Shown piece after piece: positions 39,901 to 52,849 of a stretch of 64,000 nt of DNA (the stretch's first letter is position 1; each line of letters begins with the position of its first letter). The stretch is from positions 126,480,001 through 126,544,000 of the forward strand of contig OX597816.1 in assembly GCA_951406725.2 (NCBI GenBank), read 5' to 3'. The translations under genes and the position numbers were made by a program. This DNA is from Octopus vulgaris (Eukaryota). The notes below the pieces were generated by a model. That model saw only the letters and a list, made by a program, of their open reading frames with translations. It was not told the DNA's origin and searched no databases.

Positions 39901-42410
39901 AGTGTGATTGATATAGGTTGGAATGGTTTTGTTGTTAAATCTGGAGAATTTGAGGACTTAGATATGGCTCCATCTGCATATGAAGCCATGTATATGCTTT
40001 GTAGAAATGAGGGAAGGTTGTGGGCTTTAGATTAAAAAGAGAGCCTAGTGTTACTCCATCTAGAAAACTGCAACTTGTCATTGTGTTGTTTTTGTACACT
40101 CTACAGATTTGGATACTTTAAAAGAGAATTTGAGAGTCAACATTTTTAATTACTTAAGAAGGGAATGCTGAGCAATTTGTGTATAAAAGCTATCATATCT
40201 TTAATGTGTAAGATTGATGAGTAGTGCGATGGTTGATCTGAATCTATATAATGAGTTTAATAGCAGAATGTGTGGATTGGCAATGTCTAGAATTTGTCTT
40301 TCTAGGGATAAAGTTATTCATTTTGTCTCTTGGTAATGCACATTAATCTAATAGTTTCGTTCATATACTGTTTTCAAATGGTAAAGCTTGGAAGACAACC
40401 AACTTTAATGAAAAAGAGGCACCTTTAGTTCATATAAAATTATTCTTAGCTACACAACTTTGTCATGCTAAAACAGGAAAATATATGGGATACAGTGTTA
40501 TTGAATTTTCCACTTAACATTGTTTTGCTCATGTTTTGAGAAAGTTACAATTTTGTTTTCAAATCACTAATCATTTTTACTTGTAATATTTTGATAACTA
40601 TAACAGTTATGTTATTTCAAATTTTAACTATAGAGCATTTATCAAAAAGTTAGCAAACAAGATTGGTTACACAATTTATTGTTGCTAATAAAAATTCATG
40701 AAAGCAAGTTTAATGATCTAAAGAACTTGAAATGCATTTTCATTGTTTTCATTATATATGAAATTTCCAAGACTAAATCATAATTGTTAGCAATATTCAT
40801 ATTGGAAAAATGTCTAAAAATAAGAATACTAGACAATGGGGATGAAAGTCCTATTAAATAACACATAACACTAATTTCTTTTGTATTTTAACTGAAAATA
40901 TGTAAGGTAATATCTTTCGTTAATTCTAGAACAAAAGCAATGAAATTTGTTTACACAGCCATAAAGACAGAGATTTAGATCATTTGTAAAGATTTTCTTG
41001 AAAAATTAAAATTCACTTAATATAAAACTGTCCAAAATTGGAAATTAAATTTAGATTTTTTTGAGGGTTCAGTATATTGACTTATTTTCTTATGAATTTT
41101 TCATTCCTTTCACAGAATGAATAATTATTAATTCTATTGCATTATTTAATTTAAACAATACTGGTGTAATGAAGTCTTACATCAATAATACCTTTAATTG
41201 CTCACAATAAAAATTTAGCAAATTTAAAGCAAAGTAAGAATTTATAACATTTAAATAAAATCTAAGATTAGATATTAAATCCATATTTCCAGTGCTCACT
41301 TATATCAGTTTTTTTATTTTATAAAATTTACAAAGAAGCTAAATTGGAAACATCACAAGTGGTAATAAATATTGAAATTCAGCCTCTGACCTATAATTAT
41401 TGAGAAACTAAGAATCAAAATTTGAGAGCAGCTGGGTAAATTTGAAAAACTAAGGCACATAGTGTCAATGATTATCAATAAGAGAGAAAATAATGATTTT
41501 AGTATTTAAACATATTTGGTTTACTTCTGCTAACCATGTTTATAAAACTGTAGAAAGCAGTTGACTATATTCTGCTCAAAAGAAGCTACTGTCTTTACTT
41601 CCTCTTAAAACAAACTTTATTATGATTGAGGAAACAAACAATTTTTTGCAATGTGTCTAATAAAAATTCATCATTCATATGAAATGTTTCCAGATACTGA
41701 AAGGTCATGATTTTATTATGAAGAAAGTAAGAAGATAATAGCATTTGTTTTCTCTATGTAAAAAGTTTATAGAAATTAGCTACAGATAGTGTATTTCATT
41801 CTTCAGAGATTTTGTAAAGTCTTAAACATTTACTAAATGAGATATGTTGTTATATTTATAAGTAAATGATTCTCCTTCTCATCATCACCATCCTCATCAA
41901 TGCCATCGTCATCACCATCATCATAGTCATCATTGTTTTGTTATATCACATACTGGATCCATCATTAATTCTGAGCTTAATCTAGAAACTTAATTCTTGC
42001 TTCATTAATTTACTTAGTTGTAAAAAGATAACATGCCTATTTAAACAAGGAAAGTATCTATTTAAGAAGTATCTCATTAGCATGCCACATAGAATTTTAT
42101 CTTATTATGAGTCTATTAGGATCAGATGAAGCTGTGTTACAATTCAGTCTCAATTGTTCCAGTAACCTCTGCCCCTAAATTCATGTTCTGGTTTACTTTA
42201 TACATTTCATGTGTTAATTGGTATGAAATATATTAATAAACATTATTGAACACATACACTCAATGTATGTACTTTGCACCAAACCATGACAAAATACAAA
42301 TTGTGTAAAAATCTGTTTGTTGGTATGCCCCAACAAAACATATATAAAAGTAAATTGAAATATGAATTAGAGGCATTATCGATTGCACTTATTCAATGTA
42401 TGTGATTTTA

Positions 42411-42680
42411 GACAGGTAAGACAACTTGCCCCAAATCCCACTCAAAAGCAGTGGGCATTGATGTTTTGCCATTTTTGTGGCTTATCAATATCATGTACCT
42501 GAATTGAACAGGAGGTGGGACATATCAGCAAATGGTTTTTATACTATTTGTATGTAGTCATGGACAGGCGATTAAGTTGCCTCCAATTTTGTTGAGGCAC
42601 ATGATGTTGATAAACCACAAAAATAGTGAAACATCGATATCCATTGCTCCTGGGATTTGGGAAAAGTTGTCTCACCTGTC
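42411..42680. mobile_element. Palindromic element with ~100 bp inverted arms, each carrying a hammerhead-like motif
   Basis: 42411-42515 aligns with the reverse complement of 42580-42680 (GACAGGT.AGACAACTT..CCCAAATCCCA..ATTTTTGTGG.TTATCAA.ATCATGT.CCT). Confidence 0.85.
42601..42647 (+). ncRNA. Degenerate minimal type I hammerhead ribozyme motif (U3-A8 variant); mirror copy on - at ~42449-42495
   Basis: TGATG-TTGATAA-ACCA CAAAAA TAGT-GAAA-CATCGATA-TC-CATTG. The mirror arm supplies an intact stem II (GCCA/TGGC) and the C-G pair of stem III. Confidence 0.55.
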
Positions 42681-45359
42681 TGACTTTCAAATGTATTAAC
42701 ACCCAGCACTTTGTAGGAGTCATCCCTACTGTGCTAAATCACATCCTACTGGTGAACAAGCAAGACAAAAACATTGAGCATGTGTGTTCAATAATGTTAC
42801 AATACTAGTGCTGATTCTAATTCATATTTGAATTTATTCATATCAATATCAAATGTCATAGGAATTTACTTAATCTGTAGATACATCTCTTCACTTTGTC
42901 AAAAGCCCAGCAAATTATGCCTCATCTGTTGAGAATCCCTTCTCATAAAAAGGAGTTCATTGGTCTATTCACTAACAGTGTCAGCTCATAACAATAGTAG
43001 AAATGACAGCAGCTGTGTGGTGGCCACTCAAAACAACTAATCAGCATTTAACATTATTTTATATTAAGAATGGTATTTAGTTGATAAAGTATTCATAGTA
43101 ACTGTAGTTGTGATGGAAGTGGTGGCACAAGTAGCAGAACATTTATGCAGTACCTACTACAACAACAAATGGGTTTTACCTACAACTCAGGTACAAGCAT
43201 TTACCAACAGTTCAAGGTAACTCAACTGCAATTATAATTATGCAGTAACCTACTTCTTTGAGCCATTCAATGTGGAAACCACTTTAATTAAAGTTATCCT
43301 TGAAGCAATGACAGTAGCAGGCAACCTTTTGTAGCCACATTTTCACAGCATGCACTTTCTGCAATGAACTTTATTAACTTACATCTCAATTTCTCTTTTC
43401 TCAAAAAAGACAATAGGTTGCTAGAAAATAAAATAATATATTTACATGCACATATCATACAGACTCACGTATTTGAATGTACATACCATGCAAACTTATT
43501 GGTATGGGTTCATGCATCATACAGGATCATGTGTGGAACTACATGATCATGTGTGGAACTATATGTCCTATAGACCCACATCTTTGAACATTTTTATGAA
43601 TACACATAAGTTTCATACTCATATGGGACCATATGTCACAAAACTTTACTTATATATGGTGCATACATTATATAAACTCTCATGCATGTTCATGTTGTAT
43701 GGACCTATTTGTATGGTTGCACAAATAACTTCATAAACTGCTGTGTTATTCAATGACATTTTTTTATATGCTTGATGTTTTTCATATGCTTGCTGTCAAA
43801 AATTTAACCCTTTTACTTCTAACATTAATCGTTTTTATAGATGAATCTTGTTAGTGCTAGATTAATTTACTGAAAAATAAAAAAAAATAATTGTTCCTTC
43901 TTTCTGTGGTTATAATAAAATAAAACTCTTTATAGTTTATTTTGCATAGCAGCTTTGGTTGAATTTATATTTTCTACACTCTTAGATGAACTCATTAGGT
44001 AGAGTTAAAATTCATATCGACATATGTAAAACTTGAAATTTTATTTCCTGCTCCTTTCTAACAGCTACGTATTAATAACATACTTCATTGATGGAAATAC
44101 ATAATGCAACGTTACTAAGTCAATTTTAGGATCTCATTATCACTCAATCTCAAGAAAAATCATCCAAATTGTCATCCACCTTCATCCTGCTATCTTAAAC
44201 TGAATTAAAATAGGACATTCTTGAAAACAAAACTAGATGGTCATGGCTGAGATGTCTGACTTTTGGTAGATTTGTTTGACTAAACCCTTAAACGTAGAGT
44301 GCCAGCATAGCTACATTTGTATGACTGAAAGAAGTAAAAGGATTTATAAAATTAAAACTGAAGTGTGGATTCCTGCTTTTTTGAGAAAGACAACCAACAG
44401 TAATGAGATATAATAGTTTTCAAATTCTAGATGATCCATAACTTGTTACTACCCAACTCAGGATGACCATGTAAACTTATGAAAACAATAACTTTCTTTG
44501 ACAACTAATCATAAGTATATGCTGTGAATGTGAAGCATAATCTGTTGTGTCCTGGTGTTTACTGATAACTAATTTATCAATCCTGAATAGATTAAAGTCA
44601 GAATTGATTGGCAGAATTTAATTCAAAATTTGGAAAGTTAAAAGTAAATATTGCCTCAATTATTTGACTTGAATTAAAGAGTTCTCCTTGTGTTTTGATT
44701 GTACTCACAAACAATTTAATAAACAATGGGGAAAGTTCATATTCTATATGAAAAGACATTGATTATCAGTTTCAGTTTTCAGCTATTGTGTTTAATTTTT
44801 GAAAGAGAAAATTAAAACTACTCTGAACTTAAACTTAGAATAATTTCAGAATTCAACAGCTTTATTTATTATAACTTGTGAAGTTAATTATTGTTTAACT
44901 AAAGTTTTATCTTATCAAATATATATAATACTATCTACTACATATTCTGCAATTTGGAATGTAATTTAGTCTTCAGGATTTGCATTGCATTAAGTTCATA
45001 ATATGTTATTATCTTCTGAACAATAGATTTTTAATTGATAGACTATATTCAATATTGAATAACATACCACTGTTTACATGAAATAATCTTAGTTTTTTGC
45101 ATATTGTTTAAAATAGGTACCACATATACAATATATTCTACAATAGAATATAGAACTAAGTACATTTCCAATATTTGCCTGGGTATTAAGTATGTGTTCC
45201 AGAGCCATTTCTACATTCTTTTTACTTAAAATGAATGGGATGGGATCTGTTTGTAATTGTAACATATTTATAATTGCTAAGTAATAACAAATTGCATCCA
45301 TGCTCAGTTTGAAGGTCTTAACATTAAAGTGATAGTATCACATTGAACATTCTTTGTGG

Positions 45360-46340
45360 TTTTATTGTTTTACTGGTTTCAATTATTAGGATGCAGCCAT
45401 TCTGGCTACTACATTCAGGGGTTTCAACCACTTGTATCAATCACCCATTCTTTATTTTAAATCTGTTATTTATTTTACTGATTTTACTGATTTATTGAAT
45501 ACAAATCAGAACACTATTGTATACCAGTATATATAAACATACCTACCTTGCCCAAAACATATGTGTGTGTATGTGTTTGTGTATGTGTGTGTGTATGTCT
45601 GTGTGTGTGTGTGTGTGTGTACGTGTATGTGCATACATATATCTCTATCCATATGTACTTACACACACACACACACACACAAAGGATTTCTGCCACACAA
45701 TTTCTGCCTACTAATTCAACTTACAGATTATTGGTCAACCAATGCTAGAGTAGAAATCACTTAGAAAATTATTTTTAAATCTCACAGCGAGAGGTATTCA
45801 TCAACACTACTTTGTAGTAAAGATTGTTTGCCAACATAACATGGCAGTCCTGGTTTAGGACAAATGTTGCTATAATTTACCCCACGAGACATCGTCTCCA
45901 GCTGGCTATACAGCACGATCGCTGTCCTAATATTTTTGAGCAAGGGACTCTAGCACCCCCACTCAGCTCAAAATAATATCTGCAAATCAGGATTTCTGGG
46001 TTATTTCTCTTCATCAGCTCAGAACAATTGTTCGGCTAGATGTGGCACTGCCAAATTCCTATTTGAAATAAATAGCTTTCAAAATGACAACTAGTTACTG
46101 ATCTATAAATTAGAAAATTATTATTCTTAAATGTCACAATGAGAGACACAGAATGTGTTGCATAACCAGCTGGAGACGATGTCTCCTGGGTCTAAATCAC
46201 AGCAACTTTTGTCCTAAACCAGAACTGCTATGTTATGTTGGCAAACAATCTTTACTAGAAATCACTTGTCCAAGATTTCACATGGCAGGATTGAACCCAA
46301 AATAGGATGGTTGCAAAGTAAACTTCTTAACTAGATTACT
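45360..46340 (-). mobile_element. SINE family A copy interrupted by an insertion at 45763-46255
   Basis: The SINE core GGTCAACC..GTAGAAATCACTT resumes as TAGAAATCACTTGTCCAAG..GATTGAACCC after the insert. Confidence 0.75.
45763..46255. mobile_element. Non-coding insertion with a 12-bp TSD, ~90 bp inverted arms and an internal direct repeat
   Basis: The TSD TAGAAATCACTT is at 45751-45762 and 46256-46267. The arms are ~45815-45917 and ~46154-46257. AGAAAATTATT..TTAAAT.TCACA..GAGAG occurs at both ~45763 and ~46112. Confidence 0.85.
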
Positions 46341-46998
46341 GTGTATAGAATTCATTTAATGATATAAATATAAATGATAAACAACTAGTAAAAAATACTT
46401 TTCAGAAAATATTTCGTTTTGATGCAAACCACAGACATTGTGAATATGTTAAAAATAATTTCTCTATTAATATTTATTTTGATTAAATACAAAGGCATGT
46501 TTAACTATTATTGATTCTTCTTCGTAGAATTTAACTAAAACCTGGAAAATAACATCCATCCTAGGATTTATATTTTATGATGTTAAGAATGTGAATATTA
46601 TAATAATTTCATTTATCCTGTTCCATATAAAACTATATTCATCCTCACTAAAGTGGGTGACACCTGAATAATTATTATGTCAACTTTGAACAAACTTAAG
46701 TATGACTGTATAACACCTATTAATACATTCATAAGCTTTGCCAAAACTATATTCTTTTATTCTTTTATATGTTTCCGCCCTAATGTTGTGGCCATGCTGG
46801 GGCACTACCAGATTACATTATATGGTTATCATGTCTTTTATAAACAGTTTGATTGCAAGGCCATATACATTATGATTACACTGAAGCTGAACGAGCATAG
46901 TACTGAAACTGCAAACATTTTTCTTTTATCAGTTTAAAGTCTTCTCTTTAGAGATTATAACTAATCTATATTGATATAAATTTCATCATCATCATAAT

Positions 46999-47211
46999 GG
47001 TTACAAATTTTACCCCAAGGGCAGAAATTTGCAGAGAGGAGATGAGTTGATTACATCGATCCCAGTGTTCAACTGGTATTTATTTTATTGACCCTGAAAT
47101 GATGAATAGGAAAGTCAACCTCAGCAGAATTTGAACTCAGAATGTAACAACAGGCAAAATACTGTTAAGCATTTCATCCAGCACACTAATGAGCCTGCCA
47201 GCTCACCGCCT
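46999..47211 (-). mobile_element. tRNA-derived SINE, family B
   Basis: Reverse complement of the GGCGGTGAGCTGGCAG..TTCTGAGTTCAAATTC family also found at 56778 and 57587. Confidence 0.85.
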
Positions 47212-47248
47212 TGATTATAATAATAATAATGATGATGATGATGATGAT

Positions 47249-47284
<36 letters not shown>

Positions 47285-47290
47285 GATAGT

Positions 47291-47410
47291 AAAAAGTATC
47301 CTAGGGACAGCTAGGATACTTAGGAGGGTTCTTGGCATCTAATGTTACTTGTTGTAGTCTGATGTTAGGAATTTTTCTTTTCCAACAGTCTTATCTGTTG
47401 TGTGAATATG
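47291..47410 (+). mobile_element. R4/Dong-like LINE extreme 3' end within (AAT)n
   Basis: KSILGTARILRRVLGI* (typical REL-LINE C-terminus), followed by a short UTR and AAT repeats. Confidence 0.65.
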
Positions 47411-48124
47411 AATAATGATAATGATAAAAATAATAATAATCTGTTAACATGTCAATAAAAGGCTCACAGTAGTTCCTTCTAAAATACCCCACCCTTTTCG
47501 AATATAAGCACACAACAGATAACTCAGATATACCATCCTTATCAAGAAGTTCAAAATGTGTTAAGTTAATGGATATCCTACATCTGAACAGCATGCCAGT
47601 GACCCATTTTGAGATCAAGCTGAGAAAAGAAATCTAAAAGAAATTAAGTTGAATATCTGCCACTATTATCACATATGACTCAACACAGGTAATTAAGAAA
47701 CAAAGGTAGCTGCAGAGAATTAGCATGAAATGGAATAATACAATGGCAAAGCAAACTTAAAATTGTGATGGAAGCATAACCTGTAGGTACTATATATAAT
47801 ATTTATTTTGGGGATTACTAGCTGGGCTCACATTCTACATGTACCATTATGGATGCAGTGAAAGGAGTAGTTGATCCACTGAGGCAACGTCATTTTGTAT
47901 ATAGAACATTAAAAAAATATATGAAAACCGTTGGTATTAGGTTGAAATGGAATCAACTTTACTACACATCATACATAGGTGCTTGTTTAGGATATGTGGG
48001 CAAATGCATTCATATTTGACCATCTATGTATTTTTTCTGAGTGTATGTATATATGTATGTATGTATTCATTCTAAATGATTGATACAGAAGACAGAGTAA
48101 CTAGAAGCTTTATTTAGCTCAACA

Positions 48125-48592
48125 ATTGTTTCAGCCAGGCACAGAGGTTTATCTTTGGCTAGGTATTTCTCCTGCAGCTGTCTTACCAGAAATATAGCAT
48201 CAGTGGTGCTTTTCTCTGGTACAAACCCAAACTGCATCACATCTAGACTGACTCTCTCACTAATTAGTTGGGCTATGACCCTCTCCGTGACTTTCATTAC
48301 CTGATCTGACAACCTGATACTTCTGTAATTATTTGTATCTAATGTGAAAACCTTTACCTTTGTAGCAGTTAACTATGGTGCTGCTACACCAGTTATTGGG
48401 TATGACTCCATGTATCACCTGGTTGACTATATGGGTGACTAGACTATAGCCGACACTGCCAGATATTTTAAACATCTCTGTGGTGATTCCTGATAGGCCA
48501 AGGCTTTCCCTGTCTTCATACCTTTAATCGTGCTTTATATATATATAGACAGATATAGATATATATAGAGCACGATTTATTTGTGATTAGAG
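48125..48592 (-). mobile_element. RTE RT fragment joined to a short TA-centred hairpin
   Basis: ORF 48067-48312 QFGFVPEKSTTDAIFLVRQLQEKY, with upstream MKTGKALAYQ. The fragment ends in AATCGTGCTTTATAT...ATATAGAGCACGATT. Confidence 0.85.
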
Positions 48593-48689
48593 ATGTTCAT
48601 AAACCAAGGTGCTATTGTTTTAAATGAATTTGAGAAAGACAGGAGATAAAGTACGATTCATTCGTGATCAGAGGGTCTATTGCATATAT

Positions 48690-48865
48690 AAAAGCACCCA
48701 CCACACTCTCAGAGTGGTTGGCACTCTGGAAGGGCATCCAGCTGCAAAAAAACTCTGCCAGATCAGATTGGGGCCTGGTGCACCCATCTGGCTTGCCAGT
48801 CCTCAGTCAAACCGTTCAACCCATGCCAGCATGGAAAGCAGACGTTAAATGATGAGGATGATGAT
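48690..48865 (+). mobile_element. RTE 3'-tail-derived repeat
   Basis: Homologous to 35990-36239. Confidence 0.85.
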
Positions 48866-49011
48866 ATGTTTTACACAATCTTTGTGTAAATTTATTTAAA
48901 TAAAAAAACCTAGTACACTTCATGACAATGTGCTATTTTATTATGTGTAACACTAGCAGTATTTTCCTTTCAAAAACATAACTATTTATAGTGTTCCTTA
49001 AAAAAAATTAT

Positions 49012-49410
49012 AGTGTAGCTGTGTGGTAAACAGTTTGCTTTCCAACCATATGGTTCTAGGTCCAGCACCACTGTGTGGTACCTTGGGCATGTGTCTTCCA
49101 CTTTAACCACAGATTGACCAAAGCCTTGTGAGTGGATGTGATAGACAGAAACAGAAAAGAAGCCCATTGTATGTATATTTATGTCTGTGTGTGCTTTTTT
49201 ATCTGTGATTTTCCTCCACCACTGCATGACAACCAGTCTTGGTGTGTTTACATACCCATAATGTAGCAATTCATCATGAGAAATCGGAATAAATACCAGG
49301 CTTAAAAGAATAAGTACTGGTGTCCATTCATTTGACTAAAGTTCTTCAAAGCAGAGCTCCAGCATGGCTGCAGCAGATTAACGACTGACACTAACGATAA
49401 AAGTTAAAGG
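49012..49410 (+). mobile_element. SINE family A copy
   Basis: Homologous to 26414-26800. Confidence 0.8.
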
Positions 49411-50143
49411 TAATAGATGAGGGTGAAAGAGTGATTGCTGTTTTATGCAGAGTGGGATGACATTTCAGGCCTAACCTTTTTAACAAGTAAAAAAAATCGT
49501 TTTTGAGTGTTTGCATTAAATTTCAAATGAGCAATAGAGTTGACTAATCAAAGTGCCTAATGCAATTAGTGTTGACAGTCACTTAATATGTTTCTCAGTT
49601 TTTATTGCCCACTCATCACTTTGGCATGTGCTTACTATCAAGCTGGGTGCATAGCCAAAATCTAAAGTGCTGTATTTTAGATATAGGGAGCAAAATAGTA
49701 TTTTCATTCTTTTATTCTACATTCTATTTTTTCTCTCCTCACATTGTCTGAAGGGCAGAGTCTGTCATATACTGCTAAATTCAAGTTTGGTGTCATTATT
49801 TATGCAAAACCCCATGGAAATGAAGATGTTTTAGTCCTCATTAACAAAAAAATAAATAGATAAATAAATAAATATAATTCAATGTTGGCTAACTCAAGAA
49901 AGGAAATTGAAAATTTCTAAAAGTGTTAAGTGCAATTTCTGGAGAAAAAATGCAAAATAGCAAGATCTTGAAAATATACTATAGGAATATTTTTTCAATT
50001 AGAGAAGGCAAAGAATATTCATTTCTACAAATATGATAATCTTTAAAGCAAAGAGGATCACATGTGATGATAGTCTAGAAGATTTTTATTGACCATGCAT
50101 CATGGTGTTATTGGTTAATGAAAAGTTAACCAAAGAATGTGTC

Positions 50144-50384
50144 ACCTTTACCTTTGTAGCAGTTGACTATGGTGCTGCTATACCAGTTATTGGGTATGAC
50201 TCCTTCATGTATCACCTGGTTGACTAGGCTATAGCCAACACTGTGAGATATTTTAAACATCTCTGCGGTGATTCCTGATGGGCGGGGGTGGGGAGCTTTC
50301 CCTGTCTTCATACCCTTAATCGTGCTTTATATATATAAATAGATATAGATATATATATAAAGCACGATTTATTTGTGATCAGAG
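50144..50384 (-). mobile_element. Second copy of the RTE fragment plus hairpin unit
   Basis: ORF 50126-50311 MKTGKAP..PSGITAEMFK..IPNNW.SSTIVNCYKGKGD. The junction into AATCGTGCTTTATAT..ATAAAGCACGATTTATTTGTGAT.AGAG is the same as at 48350-48592. Confidence 0.85.
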
Positions 50385-50489
50385 CAAAAGTTACCCAAAT
50401 AATGTGCTGTCGGGTGGAAATGAAAATTTGTGCTTTTTACAAGTATATTTATTATACAGTTAAAAAAGAAGTTTCATTTGACTTGTCTA

Positions 50490-51010
50490 AAACAGTGAAC
50501 ATGTACGAAACGTAATTAACATTTAACATTGCAAGCAAATGAAGAAATGATGTAAAAATTACTAAAACTATTACTGTGAAGACTATTGGACTAAACAAAT
50601 ATAAATATCACATTATACAGTGGTGCTAGCAGACTGTGCAGATGGAACAAAATTACCACCAATGTTATTTTTTAAAAGCAAAACAATGCCTAAAGGTAAT
50701 TTATGCAGCAGTGGCTATGTTCTTATACATGAAAAAGGATGAAGGGATGAAGGTAGACTATGACTTCGGTTTGAAAAAATTTAATGCAGCATCCAGGGTT
50801 TATTAAAGAAGCCTTCTCACCTCATCTGGGATTTCTTCAGAGCTCATGAGATGAAAACAAAATGAGAGAAAAAGCTAGTGATTTAAAAATACAACTGGCT
50901 ATTATGCCTGGCTGTTTGAATCAACAACAATATCGCAAAGTTTCTGTAACAAATGCTTTAAGAATTTAAGGAGAGAGAAATTGAATAACTGGATGCAGCA
51001 GGAAGATTTT
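50490..51010 (+). mobile_element. Pogo-family (DDE_1, POGK-like) transposase fragment
   Basis: NMYET, TVVLADCADGTKLPPMLF, HEKG, LIWDFFRAH and LAIMPGCL appear in order across frameshifts. Confidence 0.75.
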
Positions 51011-52388
51011 GCTATAACTTTGACTGGATGAAGAAAAGATCAATGCTTGCTCTGCTATGCATGTGGGTGAAATTGCCAAAACTAAGGTGTCACTACTAAG
51101 AATTCTTAGATTGGGACACTTCGGATGATTATGGTCCCTGTTAGTGTATATGTTTTCATTCATGTGCATTAACTACAGCATTAGAGCATTTGGTCCTTAT
51201 TTCTAGCAATCTAGGTGTTTCCTAACACCCTATTCACAGTTAGTGATATTTATAATTCTCTTTTTTTTTTGGTGAAACATTGCAAACTGCTGTTTATATT
51301 AATTTATATGTATATATATATGCATATGATTATATATATATATATATATGCATATTTGTTTACATATATATATACACATGCATGTATAGACATATATGGC
51401 TATTTTTACTTTCAGATCTATCTCATATACTTTTTACTTCATATTTCTTGAATATTCTTCTCAATCTTTTTTATTTGTGGAATGGGCTTTTTTCACAAAA
51501 AGTAATCACAAGGGATTATCTATTGTTTGATCTGTTCTTAATAACTTTGCACCCTTCAGTAAGGGTAATACTGATTTGGCTGTTTCAGAATAACAGACTA
51601 TTGTAATATGATAGAACAAATGGCTTTAAGCAACTGCTGTTACTGAAAGAGGCCTCACCATAGAGTACATTTCACATAACTAAGTTGACATCCTTCCTTT
51701 GATTGTTAGATAACCTTGCTAGAACCAGAAGAATTATATCTAGTTGATCGATAATCCCTTATTACTTATTGGCCCACTTCAATTTTGTAATATTTTTGTC
51801 TTATTCTAACACTATTTACAGTTCTTCTCTTAAGAATTTTCTCTCAAGTATTGTGCACCAACTTAATTTAAGCTCATGTATTATATACACTTGTTTACTT
51901 GCCTTCAGCCATATTTAGTTATTCTTCTATAACATAGAACTAAAATATCACATGCAATTTGTATGTAATGTATACTGATCAGTGGAACATTCATGTAACA
52001 ATGAATCATGTTAACATCTGCTTTATAAAACATCAATAGCACCATCTATTAAGTTTAAGAAATTTGTTCAACATAAGGTGGTACTCCAGCATAGTCACAG
52101 TCAAATGATTGAAACAAGAAAAATAATAAAGCAAATAATTTTATTTTAGAATATCTTAACCATTAAATTTTTAGATAGTGTTGCCATTTGATATCTTTTT
52201 ATTTTTATTTTGTTAAACTTGGAAGAAGAAGAGGTTACCTATGTACTTTGTGTGCTCTCTGAGATGGGAAAAATCGTTGTCTTTGAATTGTTCCACTTGA
52301 ATTTTCCTATGTCAATGAGTGCAGGAAAGATATGTGCAGAAAAAGAATTCCACAAGGCTGATTCCAGGTGGTCAATTATAGAGGGGAA

Positions 52389-52845
52389 TCATCATCATCA
52401 TCATTTAACGTCTGTTGACCATGCTGGCATGGGTTGGATGGTTTGATCAGGACTGTCAAACTGAGATGCTACACCGGACACCAGTCTGATTTGGCATGAT
52501 TTCTACGGTTGAATGCCCTTCCTAATGCCAACCATTCAGAGAATGTAATGAGTGCTTTTACGTGCCACCAGCAAGGGTGCCAGTTGTGTGACACTGGTAT
52601 GAGCCACGATTATGATTTTGCTTGGCTTCATGGGTCATCTTCTTCAGCATGACATAATGCCAAAGGTATTGGTCATTTGTTATTGCCTCTGTGAGGCCCA
52701 ACGCTTGAAAGGTGCTTTTTACATGCCACCAGCATCAGCCATATTGCTTCTGTAAGATCCAATACTCAAAAGGTGCTTTTTACGTGCCACTGGCATAGGT
52801 ACCAGTAACATGACACCAGCATCAGCCACGACTATGATTTCACTT
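52389..52845 (-). mobile_element. RTE 3'-tail-derived repeat with internal tandem subunits
   Basis: (ATC)n, then TTTAACGTC..CATGCTGGCATGGGTTGGA..TGCCCTTCCTAATGCCAACC, with GTGCTTTT(T)AC.TGCCAC repeated three times. Confidence 0.8.
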
Positions 52846-52849
52846 ATCG

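Noticed and set aside
39260-40330. Possible old LINE fragment on the minus strand
   Set aside because: Only faint motif traces were seen, and neither family nor boundaries could be supported. The same holds for 8750-9100, 53490-54000, 57040-57450 and 60200-60850.
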